DNA of 63,222 bases, the filler included, from Deltaproteobacteria bacterium (GTDB lineage: Bacteria > JACQOV01): the NCBI GenBank assembly GCA_016202395.1. It is 3 parts of 3 records of this genome, joined end to end, with 100 filler letters (N's around TTAATTAATTAA, not from the genome) between each part and the next. Parts side by side here need not be neighbours in the genome. Positions count along the whole stretch, not along the records: positions 26,104 to 54,719 come from JACQOV010000093.1; positions 54,820 to 63,222 come from JACQOV010000086.1; 1 more part is not named here. One strand, written 5' to 3'. The notes under the pieces are model-generated. The model was not told where the DNA came from and did no database searches. It saw nothing but the letters and a program-made list of their open reading frames with translations. Made by a program: the position numbers and the translations under genes. Every line of letters starts with the position of its first letter. Position 1 is the first letter of the stretch. Positions 53,772 to 63,160 of the stretch are shown piece after piece.

Positions 53772-54463
53772 CGTTGTCTAAACCATTCCACCACTGATTC
53801 AAAAAGAATCCGTCCCTCTTCTGAGCCCAAGATGGACTCACTGCACCGCTCCGGATGAGGCATCATGCCTAAAACATTTCGCTCTCGATTGCAAATTCCG
53901 GCAATCGCTTCTATGGAGCCATTCGGATTCCATTCCTCTAAAATCTCTCCTTCTGGAGAACAGTAACGAAACAGAATCTGCTGATTTTTTTGGAGTTCCG
54001 AGAGATTCTTGGAATCGATAAAAAAGTTGCCGTCCCCATGGGCCACAGGAATCCGCAGCGCTTGCCCAGATTGATATCGATTCGTCCAAGGGGTCTCTGT
54101 GCTTTCGACCCGAATCGTCACCGACTTGCAAATGAATTTGAGAGAACGATTCCGCATCAGCACACCTGGAAGGAGCCCAGCCTCTGTTAAAATCTGAAAA
54201 CCGTTGCAGATGCCAAGAACCAAGCCCCCGCCCTGGGCAAACTCGGCTACAGCGCTCATCACAGGCGAGAATCGAGCGACAGCCCCCACGCGCAGATAAT
54301 CCCCATAGGAAAATCCACCGGGCAAAACAACGGCATCGAGCCCTTGCAAAGAGCTTTCTTGATGCCACACGAACCGACAATCTTGACGCAAGACATTTCG
54401 GATCACGTGATAGCAATCGCGATCACAATTCGAGCCCGGAAATACAACGACCCCAAACCTCAT
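53768..54463 (-). CDS. purQ: FGAM synthase glutaminase subunit
   Basis: [28 protein letters not shown]. Confidence 0.97.
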   Translation of the reverse strand: MRFGVVVFPGSNCDRDCYHVIRNVLRQDCRFVWHQESSLQGLDAVVLPGGFSYGDYLRVGAVARFSPVMSAVAEFAQGGGLVLGICNGFQILTEAGLLPGVLMRNRSLKFICKSVTIRVESTETPWTNRYQSGQALRIPVAHGDGNFFIDSKNLSELQKNQQILFRYCSPEGEILEEWNPNGSIEAIAGICNRERNVLGMMPHPERCSESILGSEEGRILFESVVEWFRQR

Positions 54464-54480
54464 TTCAACCTTCTTTTAAA

Positions 54481-54719
54481 AGTACTTTGTTTTTGGTCTG
54501 GAATGTTTTTTCGCTTCACTCACGAGATTTTTGACCCGTCTACGGCTTGAGTCGCTCGGCTTGTGAACTCGCCCTTCGGGCTCAAACAGCACAAGCTGCC
54601 TCGGATGGAGTTGCGGGTGGCATGGGGTGGGGGCCCCCCAGGCGCGCCCGCCAGCAACGCTTGCAGCGTAGCTGCTGCGGGCTGGCGGACCGTGGAGCAC
54701 GCCTGGGGGAAACCCCATG
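54481..54719 (-). repeat. Long hairpin element B, copy 2 (truncated at contig end, with a GC-rich inner module)
   Basis: Reverse complement reads GCTGTTTGAGCCCGAAGGGCGAGTTCA...GAGCGAC..AGCCGTAGACGGGTC.AAAAT, matching 44349-44449; both copies end in AAGTACT. Confidence 0.78.
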
Positions 54720-54819
54720 NNNNNNNNNNNNNNNNNNNNNNNNNNNNNNNNNNNNNNNNNNNNTTAATTAATTAANNNNNNNNNNNNNNNNNNNNNNNNN
54801 NNNNNNNNNNNNNNNNNNN
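54720..54819. other. Artificial contig linker
   Basis: N-run with TTAATTAATTAA. Confidence 0.97.
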
Positions 54820-55034
54820 TGAACTCGCTAGCATTTCTCGCCTAGCCACTGTAGGCTTCGCAAAGCAGCTACGTCCCCCCATTTCAACTTGGGAGACGCT
54901 CGTAGGAAAGGATAGGCTTTGCGGATCGACACCGATTGTGGGCCATCCGCTCCGCTGCTTTGCGGAGCCAACAGTGGCACGGCTCGAAATGAACCGCTCG
55001 TTCAGAGACCTACCTCCCTTAGAGGTGCCCTAAA
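54820..55034 (+). repeat. Long hairpin element A, copy 2 (5' part lost in the gap)
   Basis: Aligns with 43995-44166 over ~170 nt; different outer end TTAGAGGTGCCCTA. Confidence 0.8.
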
Positions 55035-55046
55035 CTGAGGGCTGGC

Positions 55047-56417
55047 TTACTTTGCGCCGTGGAAGAGATTGGAGCGGAGATTTTCAACGACCTGATGGAT
55101 GCGTTGGATTCGGTTCTCGAATCCCAAACCATCTCCTCCCTCTGGACCGAGATAGTAGGCGTTCCGGAAAGGGGTTTTCCCAATTTTTCGAGTCCTTTTG
55201 GGCGACCAAAGGACCGATGGTGATGATAATCCTTCTGCGTTGCCCGGGAGATAAAGGTCGATGTGTTGCTCTAAGAATGGGAAGATCTCTTTAAGGAGTG
55301 TAAACATCTCCTTCTCTTTAGAGGAGGTCAGCGTCGTGGGCGTCTCTGGATTGAGAAGCTCATGCATCTCTACCGTGAGGATCCTTTTCCCTGCGGGGGC
55401 ATAGGAACTTTCCTCTTCAGGACTTAGGGTGAGAACTAAGTACCGATTGGAATTCGAGATCAAGAGCGCGCGCGGGCCGAGCCCCACAGGAACCCCTTCC
55501 GATTTTAGGCCAAAGTAGAGTCGGTGAGTGATCATCGCGGAGGGTTGAGAAAGGCGTTTGACCCATCGCCGGAGTCGAAACCCCTCGGGGCAAAGGCCAA
55601 AAAAGTCGGCTCCTTTCCCAATCCGAACAACGTATCGGCATCGAACAGCCCGTGGGTTCCGATCGAGCTCCAAGGTTCGAATCTCTCGGTGTTCCACATG
55701 GATTTTCTCGATCTTGGCTTCGGGGAGGCACTCTCCTCCATAAAACTTGAGCTGTCGGCGGAAGAGATCTCGAAGCGCCGCCTTCCCTCCACGGTAATAA
55801 TAAGCGTCTCCTAGATAACCTAATGCCAGATAAAGCCTTTGCGCCGAAGAGAGGGTATGGACGGAGTAGGAAGAGAAGCTTTGAGCCATCGGCGCGAGGA
55901 ATGGCGCTAAAACTTCCTTCGATTTGAGATTTTCTAGAGGGGCAATGGGTTCTTCTTTTTTAGATTTTTTGAGCCAGACCTTCCACCAGGGGAGGGGAGG
56001 CTGTTCGAAAATAAACTGCTCAAGCCATTCATGGAGATCCGTTCGGAACTGGAGAAGTTCATTGGCGTTTTCAGGGCATTCACGCGTGAGCTCTTTTTTC
56101 AGGTCTTTGAGCTGCGAAGGGATGGAGAGCCTCATTCGGGGTTTTAAGATTTGAAGAGTGGGTTCAAGAAGCTGGAATCGTTTTTGCTCTTCGTAAGAGA
56201 GATTGAGGTTCTTTAGAATCTTTTGAAAAAGGCCATTGGTTCCGAGACGAGTGAAAGGGGAGGGATCGATATCGAATCGATAGGGGCCTCTTTCAACGTA
56301 AGGGCTGTAATGGTCCAGAACGAGAACGCGAGCCCCGCCCTTGGCCAACATCGAGCCGGCGATCAGCCCCTCGAGGCTATGAGATGAGATGAGGACATCG
56401 TAATATTGGTAACTCAT
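55047..56417 (-). CDS. Phytoene desaturase / FAD oxidoreductase-fold protein with a degenerate dinucleotide-binding motif
   Basis: YDVLI...GLIAGSMLAKGGARVLVLD start; GGxxxLxxLF motif; SxAPxGK; FRNAY. Confidence 0.65.
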   Translation of the reverse strand: MSYQYYDVLISSHSLEGLIAGSMLAKGGARVLVLDHYSPYVERGPYRFDIDPSPFTRLGTNGLFQKILKNLNLSYEEQKRFQLLEPTLQILKPRMRLSIPSQLKDLKKELTRECPENANELLQFRTDLHEWLEQFIFEQPPLPWWKVWLKKSKKEEPIAPLENLKSKEVLAPFLAPMAQSFSSYSVHTLSSAQRLYLALGYLGDAYYYRGGKAALRDLFRRQLKFYGGECLPEAKIEKIHVEHREIRTLELDRNPRAVRCRYVVRIGKGADFFGLCPEGFRLRRWVKRLSQPSAMITHRLYFGLKSEGVPVGLGPRALLISNSNRYLVLTLSPEEESSYAPAGKRILTVEMHELLNPETPTTLTSSKEKEMFTLLKEIFPFLEQHIDLYLPGNAEGLSSPSVLWSPKRTRKIGKTPFRNAYYLGPEGGDGLGFENRIQRIHQVVENLRSNLFHGAK

Positions 56418-56431
56418 ACTTTAGGGCGCCT

Positions 56432-57085
56432 TTAATCCAATGGAGGATTGGTGAGAGATCCTTCATCTCGCTTTCTAATGCCAGCGATTGTCACCTTTCG
56501 TCCTTCAATTTTCACGCGTCCCTTCGCAATCCATTGCACTGCTCGAGGGAGAATCTGGTGTTCTTTTTTTAAAATTCGAGCCGCAAGGGTCTCCTCGGTA
56601 TCCTCCGGTTCGAGGGGAACCACCGCTTGAATAATAATGGGGCCCCCATCGACACTTTCATCCACAAAGTGAACGGTGCATCCTGAGAAACGAACTCCAT
56701 GTTCGATCGCTTTTCTTTGAACATGAAGTCCAGGAAACGAAGGGAGGAGCGCGGGATGAATATTAATAATTCTTTGGGGAAAAGCTCGGATGATTGTGGA
56801 AGAGAGAATCTTCATAAAGCCAGCCAGGATCACCAGATCGACTTTGCGGTTTTGAAGCTCTTGCACGATCGCCTCTTCAAACGCTGGGGTGTTAGGATAC
56901 GCGCGAGGGTCTATCCCCTTTGTCGGAATTTGTTGCTTTTGGGCTCTCTCTAAAGCGGGAGCTTTAGGATTGTTGCTAATCACCACAGCGATCTCGGCCG
57001 AAAGAACCCCCTTCTTCGAGGCATTGATCAACGCTTGAAGGTTGGTTCCTCGACCTGAGACTAAGACTCCCACTCGGAATGCCAT
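56432..57085 (-). CDS. purN: Phosphoribosylglycinamide formyltransferase
   Basis: SGRGTNLQA, LAGFMKIL, NIHPALLP, GCTVHFV. Confidence 0.97.
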   Translation of the reverse strand: MAFRVGVLVSGRGTNLQALINASKKGVLSAEIAVVISNNPKAPALERAQKQQIPTKGIDPRAYPNTPAFEEAIVQELQNRKVDLVILAGFMKILSSTIIRAFPQRIINIHPALLPSFPGLHVQRKAIEHGVRFSGCTVHFVDESVDGGPIIIQAVVPLEPEDTEETLAARILKKEHQILPRAVQWIAKGRVKIEGRKVTIAGIRKRDEGSLTNPPLD

Positions 57086-57096
57086 ATTTTAATGCC

Positions 57097-58140
57097 TTAT
57101 GCGATCTTTACTTGAGGGGCGCCACTCCCTTTTTCAATCTTCCCAATCCGATAAGCTTTTTCTTTTGAGGCTTGAATCTGGATCAAGATGTCTTCCGCCT
57201 GCTTTTCGGAAACAACAAGGATCATTCCGATCCCCATATTGAAGGTTCTCCACATCTCTTCTTCCGCAATGTGCCCGCCGGATTGGATCATCTCAAAAAT
57301 GGGAGGAAGAGGCCAGGTCCCTTTATCGATAACGGCTTGGCATCCCTTTGGGAGAACGCGTGGGAGGTTTTCAATGATTCCTCCCCCCGTAATGTGGGCA
57401 ATCCCCTTGATGTTATAATTTCGAATCAGGCTTAGAATCAGTTTGACATAGATCTTTGTCGGCCTCAAAAGCTCTTCGCCGATCGTCCAGTCTACGTTGG
57501 GAAAAGGATCGGTGACTTTCAGTTTCATCTCATCGAAGATTACACGACGAATGAGAGAGTAACCGTTGCTATGAAGGCCACTGGAGGCGACACCAATTAA
57601 AGAATCCCCAATGGAGACCGTGGATCCATCGATGACCTTGTCTCGGTCCACCACGCCTACAGCAAAACCCGCTAAATCGTATTCGCCCGGCGCATAGAAA
57701 GAGGGAAGCTCCGCCGTCTCTCCGCCGAGCAGAGAGCACCCGGCCTCTTTGCACCCTTTGACGATCCCTTGCATCACCCCCTCGGCGATCTTGAGATCCA
57801 GTTTCCCTGTGGCGAAGTAATCGAGAAAAAAGAGAGGTTCTGCTCCTTGTACAATGACGTCATTGACCGACATGGCGACGAGGTCGATCCCGATCGTGTC
57901 GTGTTGATTCATTAAGAAGGCGATCTTGAGTTTGGTCCCTACACCGTCGGTGGAGGCGACCAGGACCGGTTCTTTGTAACGGGCGGAGTTGAGGCCAAAG
58001 AGCCCTCCGAATCCTCCGATATCGCTAATGACCTCAGAGCGGCGGGTCGCTTTGACCGATTTCTTGATCCGTTCGATAAACGTATCGGCCTTGTCAATAT
58101 CCACCCCCGCTTCTTTGTAGGTTATCCCTTTAGGTTCCAT
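57097..58140 (-). CDS. purM: AIR synthase
   Basis: YKEAGVDI, TDGVGTK, GGETAE, SSGLHSNG, HITGGG, FNMGIG. Confidence 0.97.
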   Translation of the reverse strand: MEPKGITYKEAGVDIDKADTFIERIKKSVKATRRSEVISDIGGFGGLFGLNSARYKEPVLVASTDGVGTKLKIAFLMNQHDTIGIDLVAMSVNDVIVQGAEPLFFLDYFATGKLDLKIAEGVMQGIVKGCKEAGCSLLGGETAELPSFYAPGEYDLAGFAVGVVDRDKVIDGSTVSIGDSLIGVASSGLHSNGYSLIRRVIFDEMKLKVTDPFPNVDWTIGEELLRPTKIYVKLILSLIRNYNIKGIAHITGGGIIENLPRVLPKGCQAVIDKGTWPLPPIFEMIQSGGHIAEEEMWRTFNMGIGMILVVSEKQAEDILIQIQASKEKAYRIGKIEKGSGAPQVKIA

Positions 58141-58248
58141 TTCTATGTCTTTGGAAAGCAAAACATTTCTAACTTAAGGGTCCCCAAAAGTCAACTCATT
58201 GTGCTCTTGAAATTCTGAAGCTTTCCGTGTTTAATGCCAAGGTAAACA

Positions 58249-59499
58249 ATGAAACTTACGGCACAAGATCTTTTCGCGCTGGAGAGGCGAGGGATTGAAC
58301 GAGGGCTGTCGCGGATTGAGAAGCTTTTGGAGGCTTTAGGGCATCCGGAGCGGGCCTATCCGTCTGTTCATGTTACTGGAACTAATGGCAAGGGATCCAC
58401 TTGCGCCATGATAACTCAGATCCTTCGAGAAGCAGGCTACCATGTGGGGCTTTACACCTCCCCTCATTTAGAGCGATGGACGGAACGGATCCAGATCGAT
58501 GGTGTGGAGACTTCAGAAGATGCCTTGTTAGAGACAGCGGAGGAGATTTGGCCCACGGTTGAAAGGGAAGGGGCTACTTTTTACGAAGTCACAACGGCCT
58601 TAGCTTTGGCGGAATTTGCAAGGCAATCGGTTGAGATCGCGGTGGTCGAGGTGGGGCTTGGAGGGCGATGGGACGCGACCAATATCATTCATCCTCTAGT
58701 GACGATTATCACTCACGTTGCACTCGACCATATGGAATATTTAGGGGGATCTCGTTTAGAGATCGCAACCGAGAAAGCTGGAATTCTCAAAGGGGGCATT
58801 CCCTTGGTTACCGCAGAAACCGATCCTGAGATTTTGGCTCTCTTCCAACAAAAGGTGGAGGAACTCGGTGTGCCAGTTCGGGTTCGTGGGGTTGATTTTG
58901 ATACCCAAGGGGCCAGCCCTCAGGATTTTGAATTTAGAGGAAAGCGCTGGTCTCTAAAAGACCTTTCCGTAAATTTGAGGGGGGGGCATCAACTGGAAAA
59001 CGCCTCTGTGGCCCTTGCTGCGTGTGAAATTCTAGATGAAAAGGGCTTTCCACTTTCAGAATCCGATGTTCAAAACGGATTGCTCCATACCGCTTGGCCA
59101 GGGCGTTTTGAGATTTTTAAGGGATCTCCATCGGTGGTGATCGATGCGGCTCACAATCCGGATGGCATGGAGACTTTGTTGCGCGCTTTAGAAGAGGAAT
59201 TTTCGAAGAAGCCGATCGTGTTTGTTTTTGGCGTCTCGAGTGACAAACCGGCAGCTCAGATGCTTTCCCTGCTTCGAGAGCGATCTTCAAAAATTATTTT
59301 GACTCGGGCTAAAAATCCAAGGGCTACCGATCCAGCAATCCTTAAAACCTACTATTTGCGAGGAATTGTGGAAGAGAATGCGGGAGAGGCTTTAAAGAAA
59401 GCATTCGAGGTCTGTAGCCCCGAAGGGGTTGTTTGTGTGTGTGGCTCGATTTTTCTTATCGGAGAGATCCGTGGTTTACTATTGTCATCCGAGCGGTAA
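58249..59499 (+). CDS. folC: Folylpolyglutamate / dihydrofolate synthase
   Basis: VTGTNGKGS, YTSPHL, EVGLGGRWDATN, WPGRFE, DAAHN. Confidence 0.96.
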   Translation: MKLTAQDLFALERRGIERGLSRIEKLLEALGHPERAYPSVHVTGTNGKGSTCAMITQILREAGYHVGLYTSPHLERWTERIQIDGVETSEDALLETAEEIWPTVEREGATFYEVTTALALAEFARQSVEIAVVEVGLGGRWDATNIIHPLVTIITHVALDHMEYLGGSRLEIATEKAGILKGGIPLVTAETDPEILALFQQKVEELGVPVRVRGVDFDTQGASPQDFEFRGKRWSLKDLSVNLRGGHQLENASVALAACEILDEKGFPLSESDVQNGLLHTAWPGRFEIFKGSPSVVIDAAHNPDGMETLLRALEEEFSKKPIVFVFGVSSDKPAAQMLSLLRERSSKIILTRAKNPRATDPAILKTYYLRGIVEENAGEALKKAFEVCSPEGVVCVCGSIFLIGEIRGLLLSSER

Positions 59500-59501
59500 A
59501 C

Positions 59502-59557
59502 GTCATCCCCGCGAAAGCGGGGATCCAGAACTAGATTCCCGTTTATACGGGAATGAC
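59502..59557. repeat. REP-like inverted doublet
   Basis: GTCATCCCCGCGAAAGCGGGGATCCA ... GATTCCCGTTTATACGGGAATGAC. Confidence 0.8.
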
Positions 59558-59567
59558 AGTAAAAAAG

Positions 59568-60545
59568 ATGAAAAACACAATTAAGGCCATTGGGATTGAT
59601 GTTGGGGGAACTCACATTCGTTGGGCATTAGTTTCTCGCGAGGGAGAGGTATTGCGCCAAGATATTCTCTGTCATCGGGAAGAGAATAGGGATTTCCAAT
59701 CGGTTCATCGATTGAGCAAAGAATTTTCTTTGTTGCTTCGGGAGCAGCCGGATGTGCGAGGAATTGGCATTGGACTCCCTGGCTCCATCGATCCTAAGAC
59801 GGGGGTTTTGCTTAAAGCTCCGAATCTTCCATCTTGGGTTGGGACCTCTATTTCAGGAATCTTTCAAAGGCAATTGGGAAATTCTCTCACGATCCTTACA
59901 ACGAATGACGCGAATCTTTACGCCTTGGGTGAAGGGTGGCAAGGAGCCGCCCAAGGGGTCCCTCATTTTCTCTGTGTTACGTTAGGAACCGGTGTGGGCG
60001 GAGGATTGGTTCTCAACGGAAAACTTTGGGAGGGAAAGTGGGACAGTGTTGCAGAGGTGGGACACATGGGTGTGGTGGTGGAGGGGCGCCCTTGCGCGTG
60101 TGGTCGGAGGGGATGCCTTGAGGCGTATGTTTCTTGCTCTGCTTTTGTAGAGCAAGCCCGAGAGATTCTAGAGTGGGAGGGAGCCAGCCCTGCCCTAAGG
60201 AGATTTTTTTCTGAATCCTTTATGCCAGGGTCGAAAGAATTGGCTCAGTTGGCAGAGACAAAGGAGGCTCCGGAGATTCAAGAGCTTTTATCAAACATGG
60301 GAAAATATCTCGGAATTGCTTTAGGTGGGATCGTAAATCTGCTAGGATTAGAGGCCGTAGTGATCGGAGGGGGATTGAGCGGAAGTTTTCATCTCTTTAA
60401 GGATGGCCTCGTTAAGCATCTGAAAGAGCAGGTTTTTTCAGAGAAGGCTCAAAACGTGGCGATTTTGAAGGCGGCGCTAGGACAATTTGCGGGGCCGATT
60501 GGAGGGGCCAAATGGGTTTTTGATCATTTTGGAGGATTGGATTGA
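59568..60545 (+). CDS. ROK family kinase (glucokinase-like)
   Basis: GIDVGGT, NDAN, TLGTGVGGG, EVGH, CACGRRGCLE. Confidence 0.92.
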   Translation: MKNTIKAIGIDVGGTHIRWALVSREGEVLRQDILCHREENRDFQSVHRLSKEFSLLLREQPDVRGIGIGLPGSIDPKTGVLLKAPNLPSWVGTSISGIFQRQLGNSLTILTTNDANLYALGEGWQGAAQGVPHFLCVTLGTGVGGGLVLNGKLWEGKWDSVAEVGHMGVVVEGRPCACGRRGCLEAYVSCSAFVEQAREILEWEGASPALRRFFSESFMPGSKELAQLAETKEAPEIQELLSNMGKYLGIALGGIVNLLGLEAVVIGGGLSGSFHLFKDGLVKHLKEQVFSEKAQNVAILKAALGQFAGPIGGAKWVFDHFGGLD

Positions 60546-61507
60546 AGGAACAAAAAATACTGGAACAAATGCTAAAAGGGGATGTTCTTGCCCTTTCGAA
60601 ATTAATTTCGTTGGTGGAGGATCGCTCGGCGGATGTGCTTAAGATCATGGCGAAACTTTACCCTAAAACAGGACGTGCTCAAGTGGTAGGTGTTACAGGC
60701 CCTCCCGGAGCTGGGAAAAGCACTTTGGTGGATCGGTTAACGGAGTTGTTTCGCAAGGAAGGGAAAAAGGTTGGGATTCTGGCGGTGGATCCCTCAAGCC
60801 CTTTTTCGGGGGGAGCCATCCTTGGGGATCGGATCCGGATGCAGAGACACAATGCCGATGCTGGCGTTTTTATCCGAAGTATGAGTACGCGAGGCTCCCA
60901 TGGGGGGCTCTCTCGAGCCACTAAAGAGGTGGTCCATCTTTTAGATGCCTTTGGATTTGATGTCGTTTTGATTGAAACGGTTGGTGTGGGACAAACGGAA
61001 CTCGATGTGATCGATTTGGCTCATACCGTAGTGGTTGTTTTGGTGCCAGAATCGGGAGATTCAGTTCAAACGATGAAGGCAGGTTTGATGGAGATTGCCG
61101 ATGTTTTTGTTGTTAACAAAGCGGATCGGGAAGGAGCCGCTCGTTTGGCGGCGGATCTCCACGTTTTGCTTGGGCTCGTTGAAACGAAGCCGGAATGGAA
61201 AGTTCCTGTTTTACTGACAGAGGCCGAGCCTCAAAAAGGGATTCAGGAGCTTTATCAAAAGATTCTCGAACACCTCTCTTTTATCAAAGACCGCGAGCCT
61301 CGCGAAGAACGGAGGCGACAATATCGTCGAAGAGAGCTTGTCGAAATCCTCATCGATATCTTTCGAGAGCGGTTACTTTTGGAGAATGGAAATAGCCTCT
61401 TTGGAAAATTGATACGTGAAGTTGAAGCAGGGAAGAGAAATCCCTATGATGCTGTCATCAAGATTTTGTCGGATCGAGAAAGTTTAGCGCAAATTTTTGG
61501 AAAATGA
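60542..61507 (+). CDS. meaB: Methylmalonyl-CoA mutase-associated GTPase
   Basis: GPPGAGKST, VDPSSPFSGGAILGDRIRM, ETVGVGQ, NKAD. Confidence 0.92.
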   Translation: MKEQKILEQMLKGDVLALSKLISLVEDRSADVLKIMAKLYPKTGRAQVVGVTGPPGAGKSTLVDRLTELFRKEGKKVGILAVDPSSPFSGGAILGDRIRMQRHNADAGVFIRSMSTRGSHGGLSRATKEVVHLLDAFGFDVVLIETVGVGQTELDVIDLAHTVVVVLVPESGDSVQTMKAGLMEIADVFVVNKADREGAARLAADLHVLLGLVETKPEWKVPVLLTEAEPQKGIQELYQKILEHLSFIKDREPREERRRQYRRRELVEILIDIFRERLLLENGNSLFGKLIREVEAGKRNPYDAVIKILSDRESLAQIFGK

Positions 61508-61986
61508 GCAATTTTAAAAAATCGACTCGGGCCATTGAGATGCTACTCGGAGAGCGAGAATGTTATTTCTTAACCCTAGAGGCGGTTGGAGGGGCTAGAA
61601 TCTTTGAAAATTTTAGGCTCGCGGGAGTGATCACCGACACTTTTCTTGAATTTCGCGGGCGCAATCGCCTCTTTATCTATGCTTTCGTGGTGATGCCGGA
61701 TCATGCCCATCTCCTTTTTTCGCCGATTGGGAAGCGAACCCACTCCGGACTTGTGGAGTTGCTAGTTCAAGAGATTGAGCGTCGGCTTTCCGAGGCGGTT
61801 CCTTCCTCTTTGCTGGCTCCCATGGAGCCGAAACTGCGTCCCATCACAACGGCGGAATATTTTGAGGCCTGTCGTCGTTATATTGAAGAAGATCCAGTCG
61901 ATGAGGGCCTAGCCACTGCCCCCGAGAGTTATCCTTTTACCTCTCGCAACGGGAAATTTCCGTGTGATTTTTATGAGGAAGTTTAA
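61504..61986 (+). CDS. RAYT-like Y1 HUH transposase/nuclease (IS200/IS605 Y1 fold)
   Basis: YFLT, AFVVMPDHAHLL (HUH), RYIEEDPVxxGL..PESYPFTS. Confidence 0.75.
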   Translation: MSNFKKSTRAIEMLLGERECYFLTLEAVGGARIFENFRLAGVITDTFLEFRGRNRLFIYAFVVMPDHAHLLFSPIGKRTHSGLVELLVQEIERRLSEAVPSSLLAPMEPKLRPITTAEYFEACRRYIEEDPVDEGLATAPESYPFTSRNGKFPCDFYEEV

Positions 61987-63043
61987 ACTCGTTATCAGCG
62001 ATTTTCATGTTGGGGATGGTCCTTTTGATGAAAAAGGGGCCATCAACATTGCTGAAGAGTTTCGGGATGACCGGAAGTTTGAAGAGTTTTTAAAATATTA
62101 TTGTGGAAAGGAGTACGATTCCGACGAGATAGAGCTTGTCATCAACGGCGATTTTTTTAACATGCTCGAGGTGAAGGTCGACGGAAAACTTCACGATGTG
62201 ATTACGGAAGCAATCGCTGTTGCCAAGATGGAGAAGATCATCGCGGGGCACCCGATCCTTTTTAGCGGATTTCAACATTTCGCCCATTTTCCTCATCGGT
62301 CGATCACCTTTGTGATAGGGAACCATGATCAGCCATTGCTCTTTAAAGGGGTTCAAAATCTTTTAATAAAAAGAATTCAGGCCTCGATCATGTTCTATTC
62401 TCTCTCCTACTATTTCAAGGGGGTTTATATTGAGCATGGCCATCAATATTCTCCTTCGAATGCCTTCGAGACGAAGCGGTTTTTCTTAACGCGCAAACTG
62501 AAAGAGCCGATCTTAAATCTTCCATGGGGGAGCCTTTTTGTGGTGAAGATTGTGGGGGATCTCAAACAGGAGCGTCCTTTTATCGACAAGGTCAAGCCAT
62601 TCCGATGGTATCTTTTTTGGGGACTTCGTCACGATTTTGTCTTTTCCGTAAAGTTTCTGAGGCGAGTGGTCGCGTTCTTTTTTAAAACCCGATTTACTAA
62701 AAGTCGTTGGCGTCGGTCCCGTTTTCGAGACACCCTCGGGATGATGCTCGAAGGATTTTATCAACCTAAAATTGAGCGGTTTGCCAAACAGATTCTTGAA
62801 AGTGGAGAATGCCATACCGTTATTTTTGGGCACACCCATCATTATAGCTTTCAACGATATGGCGAGGGGAAAGAGTATTTTAATACCGGAACATGGGATG
62901 ATGTGATTAGCCTTCATGTGGCCTCATTAGGACGCCAGAATCGATGCACCTACGTTCTTTTGGAGGAGGTCGACGGACGATGGCGGGGGAAGTTGAGGGA
63001 GTGGAGGGGGCATCCGCGTGTCGACGAAGACGTCCTTTACTAA
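61973..63043 (+). CDS. Calcineurin-like metallophosphoesterase
   Basis: SDFH, NGD, GNHD, EHGH, FGHTH, NTGTW. Confidence 0.88.
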   Translation: MRKFKLVISDFHVGDGPFDEKGAINIAEEFRDDRKFEEFLKYYCGKEYDSDEIELVINGDFFNMLEVKVDGKLHDVITEAIAVAKMEKIIAGHPILFSGFQHFAHFPHRSITFVIGNHDQPLLFKGVQNLLIKRIQASIMFYSLSYYFKGVYIEHGHQYSPSNAFETKRFFLTRKLKEPILNLPWGSLFVVKIVGDLKQERPFIDKVKPFRWYLFWGLRHDFVFSVKFLRRVVAFFFKTRFTKSRWRRSRFRDTLGMMLEGFYQPKIERFAKQILESGECHTVIFGHTHHYSFQRYGEGKEYFNTGTWDDVISLHVASLGRQNRCTYVLLEEVDGRWRGKLREWRGHPRVDEDVLY

Positions 63044-63074
63044 TACAAGCGCTTTTCTTATATTTATAATCCAT

Positions 63075-63147
63075 TGAGGAGTGGGCTAATTGGCAAGCCA
63101 CCTGACTCTGAATCAGGCGATTGAAGGTTCGAGTCCTTCCTCCTCAG
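63075..63147 (+). tRNA. tRNA-Gln (anticodon CTG), CCA not encoded
   Basis: Cloverleaf: acceptor TGAGGAG/CTCCTCA, D stem GGCT/AGCC, anticodon stem CCTGA-CTCTGAA-TCAGG, T arm GAAGG-TTCGAGT-CCTTC, discriminator G. Confidence 0.96.
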
Positions 63148-63160
63148 CTTTCACTAGGAG

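Noticed and set aside
54720-54820. Apparent switch from C-rich to G-rich + strand, suggesting an origin or terminus
   Set aside because: Coincides with the contig join, so it is explained by contig orientation.
54481-55034. Elements B and A appearing adjacent a second time, as if a fixed A+B unit
   Set aside because: They are separated by an artificial linker and their relative orientation differs from the first locus; adjacency cannot be trusted.
60542-61507. meaB without an adjacent mutase gene
   Set aside because: Separation of meaB from the mutase is common; not informative within one window.
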